Origin: Eledone cirrhosa
Taxonomy: Eukaryota
Reading direction: 5' to 3'
Assembly: GCA_964016885.1 (NCBI GenBank)
Contig: OZ024741.1
Coordinates: 135,656,001-135,720,000 of the forward strand
DNA length: 64,000 bases
The translations under genes were made by a program, and so were the position numbers. The notes beneath the pieces are model-generated. The model ran no database searches and was not told the DNA's origin. It saw nothing but the letters and a program-made list of their open reading frames with translations. Below, piece after piece: positions 1 through 12,154 of this stretch (positions are counted from its first letter, which is position 1; each line of letters starts with the position of its first letter).

Positions 1-22
1 CAGGGTATGTCATGTATCATTA

Positions 23-77
23 TATTTTGTCTGATGAGGACGTACTGTTGTACATCCGAAATATGTATAATAAAATG
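23..77 (+). ncRNA. Minimal type-I hammerhead ribozyme (PLE 3'-end type)
   Basis: TATTTTGT-CTGATGA-GGACGTAC-tgtt-GTACATCC-GAAA-TATGT-ATA-ATAAAATG. Stem I is 8 bp with G-U pairs, the core is canonical, stem II has 7/8 bp, stem III is near-palindromic. An AT-rich tail then (TA)n at ~220 follow. Confidence 0.8.
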
Positions 78-216
78 TAATTGATCAAAAGAACAACTAT
101 TTTATTAATATTTATATTTTAATATTAATAACTCCCGAAAATTATTTTATCGTAGAGTGCTTCCAATCTACTGTAAAACTAATTTTATGACATACTCATT
201 GAATATCGTTTAACAC

Positions 217-262
<46 letters not shown>

Positions 263-268
<6 letters not shown>

Positions 269-830
269 GTGAAAATAAAGCGAAACTAAAATGAAATTGA
301 AAATAAAACAAAGTGAAGTGAAACTAATGTGGAAATGAAAGTAAACAAAACGGGAAATTGAAAGTGAATCTAAAATGTGAAAGTGAACGTGAAACAACAG
401 TGAAAGTGAAACTAAATTCAAGGTGAAATTAAAGTAAAACTAGCGTGAAAGTAACGTGAAAGTGAAACTAAAGTGATAGGGAAACTAAATTAAAATATAT
501 AATTATCTTCACAATCATCATCATCGACAACATTATTATTGCCTCAACTACTATTATCAATAACACCACTACTAAATGTGAAACTAAAGTGAAAGTGAAA
601 CTAAATTGAAACCAGAATGAAAGGGATACTAAAATGAAATTAAAGTGAAACTGAAGTGAATGTGAAACTAAAGTGTAAGTAAAACTAAAGTGAAAGTGAA
701 ACTAAAGTTAAACCAGAATAAATGTGAAACAAAAGAGAAAGTGAAATTAAAGTGAAACTGAAGTGAATATGAAACTAAAGTGTAGGTGAAACTAAACTGA
801 AACTAAATTGAATGCGAAATTAAAGTGAAA
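263..830 (+). repeat. Degenerate minisatellite, ~11-bp unit (GTGAAACTAAA / AAAGTGAA)
   Basis: Dozens of variants of gtgaaactaaa, interrupted at ~495-570 by a CAT/CAA-rich stretch. Confidence 0.85.
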
Positions 831-1099
831 TCTAATCAACGATAGCATTGAAAAAGGAAAAAAAACAATAATATTCAAATCCTCCGAGAAACAAAACCCT
901 AAAATTAAAAATTAGTAGTACCATACACATATACCCCCACCCCCCCAACGCAGATATCTATAAACACATACACCTAAACCTACATATACTACAAAAAGAC
1001 CCCAAAAATAAAAAAACGTCTTACAAATATATTTTATCCTAACGGGTAAATGATAGCCGAAATCATAAACAGTTACTGACAATGGCATAGCTGCAAACC

Positions 1100-1460
1100 A
1101 CAATTATAGAATCTCATGGGAAAAGATGCGGAATGTGCTATTACCTATTGGAAGACCATGAATTTCAATTCAAAGACGGACCCACCTTTAATATTAAAAA
1201 TAACATCTCGTGCAACTCGGAAAATTTAGTTTATCTTCCGAGGTTGCTATGAACATTCTTTTGACAGACGGAGCTGAAACGCTGACAAAGAATCGCAATC
1301 CATAGGTATCAAATCAGAACCCCGTATACTGGAAAGATCCCTCTAAGCAAGCATACAGAAGAATGTTTTCCCATTGTACCAATGTGGTTATGAAATCACA
1401 GAACAAGGTATAATTAATAAAGAGAAAATGTTTATCAGAAAATTCAAACACAGCATAATA
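1100..1460 (+). pseudogene. Decayed PLE GIY-YIG endonuclease (Penelope/Poseidon-like)
   Basis: Manual translation gives KRCGMCYYL...FNIKNNISCNSENLVY, then after frameshifts RIAIHRYQIRTP...LSKHTEEC and KEKMFIRKFK. This matches the CxxC / SCxSxNxVY / HR / H..C pattern of PLE endonucleases. Confidence 0.75.
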
Positions 1461-1779
1461 ATATTTTCAACACTAAAGGAACGTAGACTTACGCCCCTTG
1501 TTACAGATTTAAAAGAATTGTTTTACACACAAGCAGCAAAAAAAAAAGAAGTTTTTTTACCTTACTTTAGTAAGGACAGAAGCGACCCAAACCATACAAT
1601 TGAAAACCAGCATGCAGGAGTTTTAATGAAAGGACAATTTAACCTAATAAGCAATGTTTTGAAAACTTAGAACGGACAAAGCAAGCTACGCTAATTTGTT
1701 ATAAAGATCCGTTTCTAAAAAATATATACCAGGTCCGCTTCTCTTCATTTTCCGTATATATATATAATTTTATATGCGA

Positions 1780-1816
<37 letters not shown>

Positions 1817-1821
<5 letters not shown>

Positions 1822-2176
1822 AAAGAGATGAAATCGAAAATGCAACTGGAGTCTTATTTTTTAAAAAAATATATATATTTATTTGGTTCCTTTACCGGTT
1901 TCGCAGTTCTTCTGCTTTTCAAAAGGTGAGTTGAGATGGAGGGTCTGTGGTTTTTCTCACATCTGATGTGAGAAAAATCACAGACCCTCCATCTCAACTC
2001 ACCTTTTGAAAAGCAGAAGAACTGCGAAACCGGTAAAGGAACCAAATAAATATATATATAAAAAAAAAAATAAGGCTCCAGTTGCATTTTCGATTTCATC
2101 TCTTTTTCTTTATACTTTCACTCGTGTAGGACACCTCGGTTATTTTTCATTTTCTAAAAAAACCCTCACTTTCTAA
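1817..2176. mobile_element. Family A HHR cassette, fold-back palindrome between (TA)n tracts
   Basis: Arms of ~146 bp are mirrored about a 1-nt apex at 1964 (cacatc-t-gatgtg). The right arm extends ~65 bp further. Other copies are at 10469-10680 and 19160-19360. Confidence 0.9.
2002..2039 (+). ncRNA. Minimal hammerhead with U3-A8 variant core (mirror copy 1889-1926 on -)
   Basis: CCTT-TTGAAAA-GCAG-aagaa-CTGC-GAAA-CCGG-TA-AAGG, then AATAAA. All three stems pair and stem III (ACCGGT) is palindromic. Confidence 0.75.
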
Positions 2177-2199
2177 TATATATATATATATATATATAG

Positions 2200-2630
2200 G
2201 CACGCATATAACATTTCTCCAAATGATCTTTTTCTTATGGATAACTTAGACACAGTCTCATTAAATGAAACAATTGTTTTTGCGATACACATTATATACT
2301 ACTTGCCGAATATTCACCCATTTAAACAGCTGCATTGTTAATATAATTCTACTTATCTGAAATTCGCACCATTAACTTCAAAGACAATCCCCGAAGATAT
2401 GGAAATTAATAATGACTTAACGTTGTCATTAACGACTGATTTATCGACGTCAGGTATTTCTACACTCTTAATTATCTCATCAAAGTCCTCATTTAAACTG
2501 CATTACCTGGCAATCGATTGTTCTACCCACTTCCAAATTGACTTATTAAAACATAGATAAATGGAATTACATTGGTTTCGGCGATGAGTGTTGCAGAATA
2601 GTCTGCTGGCAAAATTGCCCTGTAAGTGGC
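2200..2630 (-). pseudogene. Possible highly decayed Helitron PIF1-type helicase fragment
   Basis: Minus-strand peptides QGNF...IYLCFNKSIWKWVEQ and NETVSKL...FGE loosely resemble the GDFRQ...CLKxSxLW and NxxVxxIN...LPGE motifs. Judged by eye only. Confidence 0.25.
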
Positions 2631-3119
2631 TTAGTATCCCACATACACATGTACTCCTAATGTAATTCCCACGGCAATTTGACAAGGCTTGTACTTTGAT
2701 TTAGTGCTACTGTCCGTCCAATAAGCTTCTAAAGAGCTTCTATTTTATCAATTTCCTTGATAATTCTAGGCAACTTTTGCTGGCTACTTATGAGATTGCA
2801 TATCATACGAGTTTTCTCAGATCTTTTAATGATAGAGGCCTCTAGTTCAATCATGTAAAAGCAATATGAATTGAAGCGTCTGACTTAAAAACACAATCCA
2901 CCGTTCAGTCTTGGAATCGAACTTATTTTGTTATAATGACGAGTCAACATATTAACAGTATATTGGTTTTCATTTATGCACAAGGCCAGTAAATTTGACT
3001 GGGACATTATTATATCGACCTCGAAATGAAAAGAGACAGAATAAATACCGAAATGTCATTTTATGCGACGCTTTACCAATTCTGCCAATCCACCGCTCTA
3101 AGTGTCATTATTATATTAT

Positions 3120-3240
3120 ATCTGAGTTCAAATCCCGCCGAGGTTGACTTTGCCTTTCATCCTTACGGGGTCGATAAAATAAAGTACCAGTAATGCACTG
3201 GGTAATTGCTGGCCTTGTGCCTAAAGTAGAAACAATTATT
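3120..3240 (+). mobile_element. tRNA-derived SINE, 5'-truncated (older inverted relative at ~2968-3097)
   Basis: GAGTTCAAATCCCGCCGAGGTTGACTTTGCCTTTCATCC...GTACCAG...GTAGAAACAATT, shared with other copies in the window. Confidence 0.9.
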
Positions 3241-4074
3241 ATATTGTAATCATTCACTCTGCTGAAACGTTGTAGTTTTATTTTCAATAAAACGCAAGAC
3301 GCGTGTCAAGCCGAAAGAAATCAATATTAACATTGGAGTCATTATGTTTTAAATACTTGATATTTTCTTCCTTTATATTAATCGATTCTCTTTTAACCTA
3401 ATATGTTGTTTGAATTGTGAACCCATTTCTATAATGTAATCCCAAATCTTATATTTGCAGCGTAATATTCTTATGATTCAAATATGAAAACTTTGTCGTT
3501 GTGTATAATAATTACCATCGGAATGTTTCAAGCTCAACCAGTATATTACGTTTCATAGATATTTTTTTCCATATATAAAATTTAAAAACTAGAAACCAGA
3601 GATTATATACATTTTGCAATTACCAGAATTTAACCAAATGTAATTTCTAATGTAATTGTTTTTGTTTCTCTTTTCGATTTCCAAATTTGTACAATTTCAA
3701 ATATGTAATCGCTTATTTGTTCAGGCTGAATCAGTAATGACTTTCAAAGATATTCCTATTGACACATGTTATTTAATCAGTTGTATGTATTTCTAGAATG
3801 TTTCACACTTTTATCGAGTGTATTGGTCATATTTACTAACATGTTGTACACAGCATTACGCTTTAGTTTTAGTGGAGAAATCTTATAAATATTTTCTTTT
3901 CTGTGTATATCTCAACAATAAAAATCAAACACACATTTGTTTTTATTCAACATCTTTTGTTGAATAAAAACAAATATTGACTGCAGCGCCTTACTCTAAT
4001 TCTGAAGAATATTTTGTAAAATAATGCTGTAATAATTTGATGATTGATGTAATGAATAAGATGATATACTCTGT

Positions 4075-4330
4075 TTCTTCTGCTTGTTTAGTTCCTTTAG
4101 CCCCCTAGGGATCTTTGGGTGGCAGGGAGATCTCTATGCCCTGCGATGGGCTTGCTCCTAAGCCAGATTTAGTTATGTCTGATCTTCCTCCACTGGCCTC
4201 GACTAGGCCTTTACCGATCTACCTTGTCACCAACATGCCTACTTCTGATTTTCGTTCGTAGTACATGGCCAAACATCTACTCTCTTACGGGGATAATATT
4301 TCTAGATTACTTAATTGTCCCTTTCCATAC
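4075..4330 (-). pseudogene. Decayed RTE-like LINE 3' fragment
   Basis: Minus-strand FGHVLR motif near 4255-4280. Heavily degenerate. Confidence 0.35.
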
Positions 4331-4921
4331 CCTCTATAGTCATGACGTGGTCACTGCAAGAAATTCTTAGTATGGTTGTAAGGTAACATCTATTGAAAAT
4401 ACCTGCTGTTCTATAGATTCCACGTTTCACTATTATTTTAGAAACAAAAACGTTTGTATAACATTTTCAATTGGACCATATGTGTTATATTATAATAGTG
4501 CAATAGCCACCCCAAACTTGTCACCAGTATCTCAACGAACCTATTGCTCCCTGCCCTAACTTTCTCATCACAGCTTCTACACAGTTATCATAGTCATCAA
4601 TTCTCCTAGTCAATGTTGTACCTTCCAACACATTTGAACAATGAACTCCTATCTTTGCTAAACATTTCCCTCTTTTCCTTTTTCCGAACCCAAGGAAAGG
4701 CGGTCCTTCTGAATTTACTAAATAATATTCCAGTGTCCACATCTTAATGGTACCATAACTTCTATGTGTGACCCTGAGCGAATTCTCTGCGAAATGCGCG
4801 TAACAGATCGATACCCAATAAAAAATAAATATATGAAAACGAAATTTCATTTTTATTTATATATCTGCTGTGCCTGTGCACAGAGTGTTCATTCTGGTAC
4901 CACCATCAGTAATTCACTGAG

Positions 4922-4949
<28 letters not shown>

Positions 4950-4956
<7 letters not shown>

Positions 4957-5298
4957 ATACTTTGGGAGAGTCATGCTGCCAATAAAAACACAAGCACCTG
5001 TTATTTTCACTTCAATTTATTATAAATTTCCGGTTGGTTGGTTTGATAACTGGATGGTTGTTTATATATTGTCAAAGCTCTTTCGTCTCACAGTCTGTGA
5101 CCTCCTCAGTGACTTTGTTTTTATTTTGTGTCCCTCCTTTGTTCTGTCCTACACCACCGAGATGTGAACGAAAGAGCTTTGACAATATATAAACAACCAT
5201 CCAGTAATCGAACCAACCAACCGGAAATTTATAATAAATTGAAGTGAAAATCAACAGATGCTTCTGTTTTTATTGGGAGCATGACTCTCCCAAAGTAT

Positions 5299-5304
<6 letters not shown>
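4950..5304. mobile_element. Family C PLE 3'-end cassette, head-to-head inverted pair in (TA)n
   Basis: Arms 4950-5087 and 5168-5304 are reverse complements. Both outer ends read ...CCAAAGTATAACAAT into (TA)n. Confidence 0.9.
5071..5113 (-). ncRNA. Minimal hammerhead, family C
   Basis: Minus strand reads GTCA-CTGAGGA-G-GTCACA-gactg-TGAGAC-GAAA-GAGC-TT-TGAC. Confidence 0.7.
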
Positions 5305-5390
<86 letters not shown>

Positions 5391-5534
5391 GTATATATAT
5401 ATGTATAAATATATGTATAATGTATTTGATTCAGTGAATTACTGGTGGTGGTATATACATATATACATTTATATATATATAAACATATATATATATAAAA
5501 TTTCAGGTTATCAATAATGTAGTGATAATATATC

Positions 5535-5718
5535 TGTTTCTACTTTAGGCACAAGGCCAGCAATAACCCAGTTCATTACTGGTACTTTATTTTATCGACC
5601 CCGTAAGGATGAAAGGCAAAGTCAACCTCGGCGGGATTTGAACTCAGATCGTAAAGGGACGTAAGTATGCTGGAAAGCATGGCGTCCTACCCTCTACCGA
5701 TACTGCCAATCCACCGCC
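5535..5718 (-). mobile_element. Full-length tRNA-derived SINE with 17-bp TSD
   Basis: A-box-like TGGCAGTATCGG and B box GAGTTCAAATCC on the minus strand. TSD TGTAGTGATAATATATC at 5518-5534 and 5719-5735. Confidence 0.92.
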
Positions 5719-5804
5719 TGTAGTGATAATATATCGTCACGTTAGAGATGAACAGCGTACGTGTAGGTTTGCTCAACCAGTATAAATTATATTCCGGAGA
5801 AAAT

Positions 5805-6185
5805 GTAGAAAAGATGAATATAAAATGAAAGTGCTTTTTTTTAAAAAGAAATTTATTAGGTATTGACATATGTTTCTGTAACAGACGGAATACCTATGTA
5901 ATAAAGGAAGAAGAGAGAGGATAGTATATGTCATATACTATCCCCTCTCTTCTTCCTTTATTACAACTAATATAAATACTTCAATTTTTTTGATTTTTTC
6001 CAATTTATCCAATATCTCTTAAGAAGTGACCACTGATTATACATTTGCTATCGAATACTTGCTAACATTATATGATTACGCAAGCAGCGATACATAGGTA
6101 TTCCGTCTGTTACAGAAACATATGTCAATACCTAATAAATTCCTTTTTAAAAAAAAGCACTTTCATTTTATATTCATCTTTTCTA
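5805..6185. mobile_element. Family B cassette with inverted, internally deleted copy on its left
   Basis: The element is 5931-6185 (+). 5805-5930 is its reverse complement with a deletion between two TACA motifs. A second copy lies at 19780-20224. Confidence 0.85.
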
Positions 6186-8029
6186 TATATATATATATAT
6201 ATATACACACACATATATGTATGTGTGTGTGTGTGTGTGAAATCAATGAAATAATATATAAACAAATGAATAAATAAATAAATACAAATTCCTTTCAGAT
6301 AGAATTACCGGTAAATTATTCATCGAAAGATATCTGATAAAATATAAATATCAACGAACAATAAATACAACACCTCTCCCACTTCATACCACATAACATT
6401 ATACTATATATCATGTATGTGTGACCTTTATACTCTCTATCATGTGTATGGGTGCGGTACAATCTATTAATTCAGAATGTATTCTATGGAACATCATCAA
6501 ATCTATATTTGTGTATTGTTTGTAAAATTAAATCATAAATCATTGCACGCTAAAACAAAGATAAGGCTACAACACAATGAATAATACATTGTCCGCAAAG
6601 ACTTAAAATATTAGCAGTATTTTTGTGTTCTTTTAGGTAATTTTTATTCTGTTTTTCGTTTTTGTGTTGAATCTAATCAATACATTTTACGGTACTAAAC
6701 TATAAAAATAATAATAATGTGGTCACGTTGCGTCGATTTAAAAAAAAAAGTCGAGATATTCAGATAAGACAAAAGGGATAGCATGTAAAAATGAAATATC
6801 GTCATAATAGTTTTGCACAATTTTAATGTAAAATTTGTATACTTAAATCATGCTTGATTGCACTCTCAAATTAGGCTTGATTAGCAATAACGAGAGGAAA
6901 AAAGTGATAGACAAAACAATGCAAGTCGTTGGCATATGTTTTCACTTTGTTTTACATCATTACATTTTTGTTAGTTGAAAATTTCATATTTGTTCTAGTG
7001 TCATTCACAATGCATAAATTCTTAATAAATTTGCAATATTCCAAGGGAATCAGACAAAAATATTTCAAATACAAAATCTGAATGCGAATTTTGGTAATAG
7101 ATTTGAATTTGAGAAGAAGGACGCTCAATACATGATGTAGAGTATACTACTTAAACTAAATTCGTTTTCTTTTGACTAAATTTACACGCTATTACTAGCG
7201 ACAATTTTCAAGCTGCTTTAATATACAACCACGTTATTTCCTTTCTGTAAGTTCTCATTGACTATCCTCCAAATTTTTGTTATGGTAGAGTCGTTTTAAT
7301 TGCCATCATGCTGTCACATTTCACTCATTAATTCATCGGTTGTTTCATCAATATTTGTCGATTTAATTATTATATATGGTTTCTGTAGATTTTCCTTCAT
7401 TTTTATATTTAGTTTGTGGGGATGATGTCTTTTTGATTGCTGTCGTGTTGTCGCCTTTCATTAACTGAATTCGGGCGATGTTTTCTCTTTATTGGTGGAT
7501 CCTGTTATTATATCCGGTTTCACTAAATTGTTATTCTGATGATGTCTGTATTGACACGGAGTGGTGGTAATGATGGTATGATTTGTTACTCTATTGTGTT
7601 CTTTATATCTAATATCTCTAAATTGTATTTGATAACGCCAAATTGTTAATAATTTCCACTCTTTAATTCGATAATTATTTCTTGATCAATCTAAAGCGTT
7701 GTCTGTTGTGTCATCTCTACCCAAACAACGTGGCCAGATAATTACTCTGTTTACAGTACAGAGCAGATTTTAAAATTGAATTTAATTTGGTATCTGATAT
7801 ACGATATCACCCAACAATATATACTATTTTATGTACATTTGTTGCATATTTCTATTGTATCTTTCTATGCTGCATGTTACATAAAGGGACGCTTCGTACC
7901 TTATCTGTTTATATCGCGTAATGGGTATGTAAGTCTGCTTTTGAACTTTACGTTTGTTGGCCAGAGAGAGATTTTACCCCCTCGTACACTACGTACGTTC
8001 GTACGTATGTATGTATGTAATGTCGGGTC

Positions 8030-8165
8030 ACTCTTCAGTGCTACTGGTAACATATAACCCAGTACAATCTGTCGCATGGTCGGGTCGTCGGCGACTAAAC
8101 CGGCAACCCCACCACGTTTACTTGATGAGGAGGGTGATTTTGGACACTCTGCAGGACAAAAAACA
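8030..8165 (+). repeat. Interspersed repeat, second copy at 41780-41915
   Basis: Both copies share GTGCTACTGGTAACAT.TAACCCAGTACAA...CATGGTC.GG..GTCGGCGA...TGAGGAGG.TGAT.TTTGGACAC. Confidence 0.75.
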
Positions 8166-8934
8166 AAACCTGACAAAGGGCGGAAGAACTCACAAGAGTC
8201 GACGGCCATCCAAACGTGTGTAAATATGTATATACACATGTACATATGTGTGTATATGTATATGCGTGGGGACATAGAAATAGTCGGACTGGACTCCCGA
8301 TCGCGCGGTTAAACCACAGGGAGTGAAGGACCCCTAGCCTTTATCAGGGCATTCTTCTAGGAGAAGGAAACTCAGGAAACTGGAATAACTCCAACATAAA
8401 ACCTGCGGCTCAGTAGTTACCGATGATGTTGAACTTTTCTTCTTTTCGGGTTATAGCTACTGTCCCTCAGAGAATGGGATTTGCTTAGTTAACAGTCTTT
8501 TCTCACTTTAAAAAGAATCTTCACGCAAAGTCATTGCGCGGTAGCATTAATTAATAACTATCAATAACCTTATATAATGCAATGGCCATATTCGATAACG
8601 AGGGGACAGCCATCATGTATATATACATATATGAGCATGTGTGTGAGCCATTTAAGGAGTAATACATGGATCACCATCTAAATTAAAAGAATCATCGGCT
8701 CAAAATATAATATCTCTAACAGGTCTTTCATTGACTATTTGCTTTTTTCATATAGCCATATAGTTATATATAAATAGATTACGATAAATTCGTCCAATAT
8801 GATAAGATTCTACGTTGGTGCGGGTCAGAAGGTTAGCACTCTGCCATTGAAATTCACTATAATCAAACAGTAATCACATATAATCAATAATCAAACAGTA
8901 ATCACAATAATCAAACTATAATCACATAGTGTAT

Positions 8935-9182
8935 CACAACGGATCAGCCAGCTCGTGAAATTGTAAGTGGCTGAGTATTCCACTGACTAGTTGAACCCGT
9001 GATCCGCTATGCGACAAGTTTTGCCCTTTGCGTTAGAGATACAATGAATCTTTGCCAGCTGTTTGGTCGTTAGCAACGTGAAATAAAGTGCTTTGCTCAA
9101 GGAGAGGGCGCATGGCCAGGCCTGGGAATCAAATTCACGCTCTTTCAATCATGAGCCAAACATCCTAACCTTTAAGCCACAC
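8935..9182 (-). mobile_element. Old tRNA-derived SINE (second family; relatives at ~21190-21430, 30424-30500, 54870-54990)
   Basis: The minus strand begins GTGGCTTAAAGGTTAGG...B-box-like GAATTTGATTCC...CCTTGAGCAAAGCACTTTATTTCACGTTGC. Confidence 0.6.
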
Positions 9183-10334
9183 GACGTTACTCTATATATT
9201 AGCTCACGTATATTATAGTAGTCTGTCGTGGTGTTGTCTTTTTTTGTCAATGTTATTTGGTTGTGTACATTTAAACATAGAGATGGCTTTGTTAGATTTA
9301 TTGTTCTCAACATTTTCATTATTGATTTTCATAAAGAATTACAATATGATTGATTTATGAATAAATAATATACTGATATCTTTATCAAATCTGTCCTAGA
9401 AAGTTTAGATACACTTGCGTTTTAGTTTGTTCATTTTTAGTATCTGTGTGAAATTATCTAGTGGTTGTCATATATTAGCGCGTTAATGTATTCATTAACG
9501 AGAAGGGTTGGAATATAAAATAAAAAAAATAATGGACAATATTTGAGCCTAAGATGCGTTTCGATTTCCAATGACTCTTATAAATATAACGGAGACGGGA
9601 GAAATGTTGACAGATATGACTGCCGGAATCTAGCCGCGCATCTGTTGTATGGCGGATGACTGAGATAATCATTCCACCAAAGCAACCTGAAAAATTAAGA
9701 CGTTAACTATAATATAGTCGATGAAGTCGGGAGTATACACTGTGAGAGATCTCCATAAGAAAAGCGAATTTCTCTAATAGCTTCGTAAACCTATCAGTTC
9801 ATACAAGTATAAATATAAGTTGTTTTTTCTAACTTAAACCCCAAATTCATGCTTATCAGAAAAATCTTTATTTTAGGCTATTTGCTTTTTTATATTTTAA
9901 CTTTACGTCAATCTAATCTTCTTGAAAACGTTATTTAAGCTGAGAGCTGAAAGTTGCTAAAAATTTAAGATGTTTTTACATCTTAAAGATTTATGAATTA
10001 CGAGAAAAAGAAAAACAGAGTTAACCTTCCAGCTAACGCATTCAAACTGCAATTTACATGTCAAGTGGTGAGTTCCATTTCCGTTTCCCATAATTACTTA
10101 AAATGTAAGAGGCCATTTTTGTCAAGTCAAATAAAATATGACAAAATTTTCCAGCTAACGAGGGATTCCTCAAGCAGTCACTGGACTGATTATAAATAAC
10201 AGCTAAATCAATTTCCACCCTTATGCAGTGGTTAATAAACCTTTTACAATCAAGCATTCCGTTTATACATTTTCAAAAGAACTCTTGGAACACGCACATC
10301 TCTCTCTTTCTCTCTCCCCCTCTCTCTCTCCCCC

Positions 10335-10380
<46 letters not shown>

Positions 10381-10397
10381 CTACAAACAGAGACACA

Positions 10398-10468
<71 letters not shown>

Positions 10469-10673
10469 CGATGTGAGAAAAACCACAGACCCTCCATCTC
10501 AACTCTACTTTTGAAAAGCAGAAGAACTGCGAAACCGGTAAAGGAACCAAATAAATATATATATTTAAAAAAAAAAAAGACTCCAGTTGCATTTTCGATT
10601 TCATCTTTTTTCCTTATACTTTCACTCGTGTAGGACATCTCGGTTATTTTTCATTTTGTAAAAAAAACTTCAC

Positions 10674-10680
<7 letters not shown>
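10469..10680 (+). mobile_element. Family A cassette, single copy, HHR at 10508-10543
   Basis: Near-identical to 1965-2176, with the same TTGAAAA core and (TA)n on both sides. Confidence 0.9.
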
Positions 10681-10705
<25 letters not shown>

Positions 10706-11428
10706 CTGTCGCTCTATCTATCTTATAGTCAAGGGTAGTAAATATTTAAAGAAGAATCTTGAGATGACCTCTCAAATTTCAATCCTCCACTTTCTCAACT
10801 AGATCTGACAACATTTAAAACATATCAGACACTGAGCAATGTTAATAAAACAGTCTATGCCTTGATTTGAACTGGACATATAACATTGAATTACATTTTA
10901 TCATGAACTGGTTGAAGAGAATCACCTCTATGATTTTATGGGGACTTCCCAGAAACTATTTAGCACGATATGATCCAATGAAAAGACAACCAGTCTGAGA
11001 GTCAGGATATCTTGAAACCGATCATCAAAAAAAGTACCAAGAATGGAGATACAATATATTGTAAAATATCTACCCCCTATAAACAAAATCAACATGGTGG
11101 TTACGAATAGATTCAACAACAAAACATCCTAACTGCTTTAGCTTCTCTTGCTTCCCATTTTCCTTCTTTATCTTTTTTAAATGGTTATTTTACTTCTCGT
11201 TATTTTATTTTATTTTTCTATTTTATTTTATTTTATTTTATTTTATTTTATTTTATTTTATTTTATTTTATTTTATTTTATTTTATTTTTCTAACTATGT
11301 TTTTATTTTTATATTCACTTATCTCTGTATATCTCGATTTTTTTTTCTCAAATATAAGTAGTACTATATACTTTCCCTACTCTGTCATGGCTTACTAGCT
11401 CTATATACTCGTTTAAATCCATTAAATA

Positions 11429-12154
11429 AACTAGCAGAAAAAACAACCTTCGTGTGGTTTTCTGCTAGCATGTGTAGTGTGTATATTGATATTATACGCA
11501 AGTATATATACATGTAATTGTAATTGACAATATAAACAGAAATTGAACGAAGACGTTGTTACACTGTCTTATGTAATCAGTAACGTAATCCATGATACAT
11601 TAAAAAAAGACGATATTATATATAAACTGCATTAGAAGAAAATTAGTGACAGAAAATTAGTATGTTTATTTAAGTGATCGCCACCGGAAGTGTTGACATC
11701 ACAAACTCTCTCTTTCTATATATATGGTAGTTGAAGTGGTGGTGGCAACGATATACCGGAAGTGCAACTTTGAAAAGAAGTCAATTTTAAATTATTTATT
11801 TTTACGAAATTATATTTGTTTACGAAATTTAGTAGATAAACTATGTAATATTCATTCATTATTTATTCAAAGGGCGGTGGATTGGCAGTATCGGTAAGGG
11901 TCGGACGCCATGCTTTGAAGCATAGAGTTACCTCCCTTTATGATCTGAGTTCAAATCCCGCCGAGGTTAACTTTGCCTTTCATCCTTACGGGGTCGATAA
12001 AATAAAGTACCAGTAATGCACTGGGTAATTGCTGGCCTTGTGCCAAAAGTAGAAACAATTATTTATTCAAAGTAATCCAACTTATTTTACTAACGGGATA
12101 TAAAAAAGTAAGCCGTACGCAGTCCCGCAGACCTTCCTTTATTATAGTTTAGAT
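11429..12154 (+). mobile_element. Putative non-autonomous Helitron/Helentron-like element
   Basis: Starts with an ACTAGCAGAAAA...TTTTCTGCTAG hairpin (as at 35668) and ends ...CCTTTATTATAGTTTAGAT. Contains a SINE insertion. Confidence 0.45.
11873..12057 (+). mobile_element. Full-length tRNA-derived SINE with 15-bp TSD
   Basis: A and B boxes present. TSD ATTATTTATTCAAAG at 11858-11872 and 12058-12072. Confidence 0.92.

Noticed and set aside
11873-11962. tRNA gene
   Set aside because: A and B boxes are present but there is no cloverleaf, and it is part of a multi-copy SINE with TSDs. The tRNA-like stretch at 12814-12870 is also degenerate.
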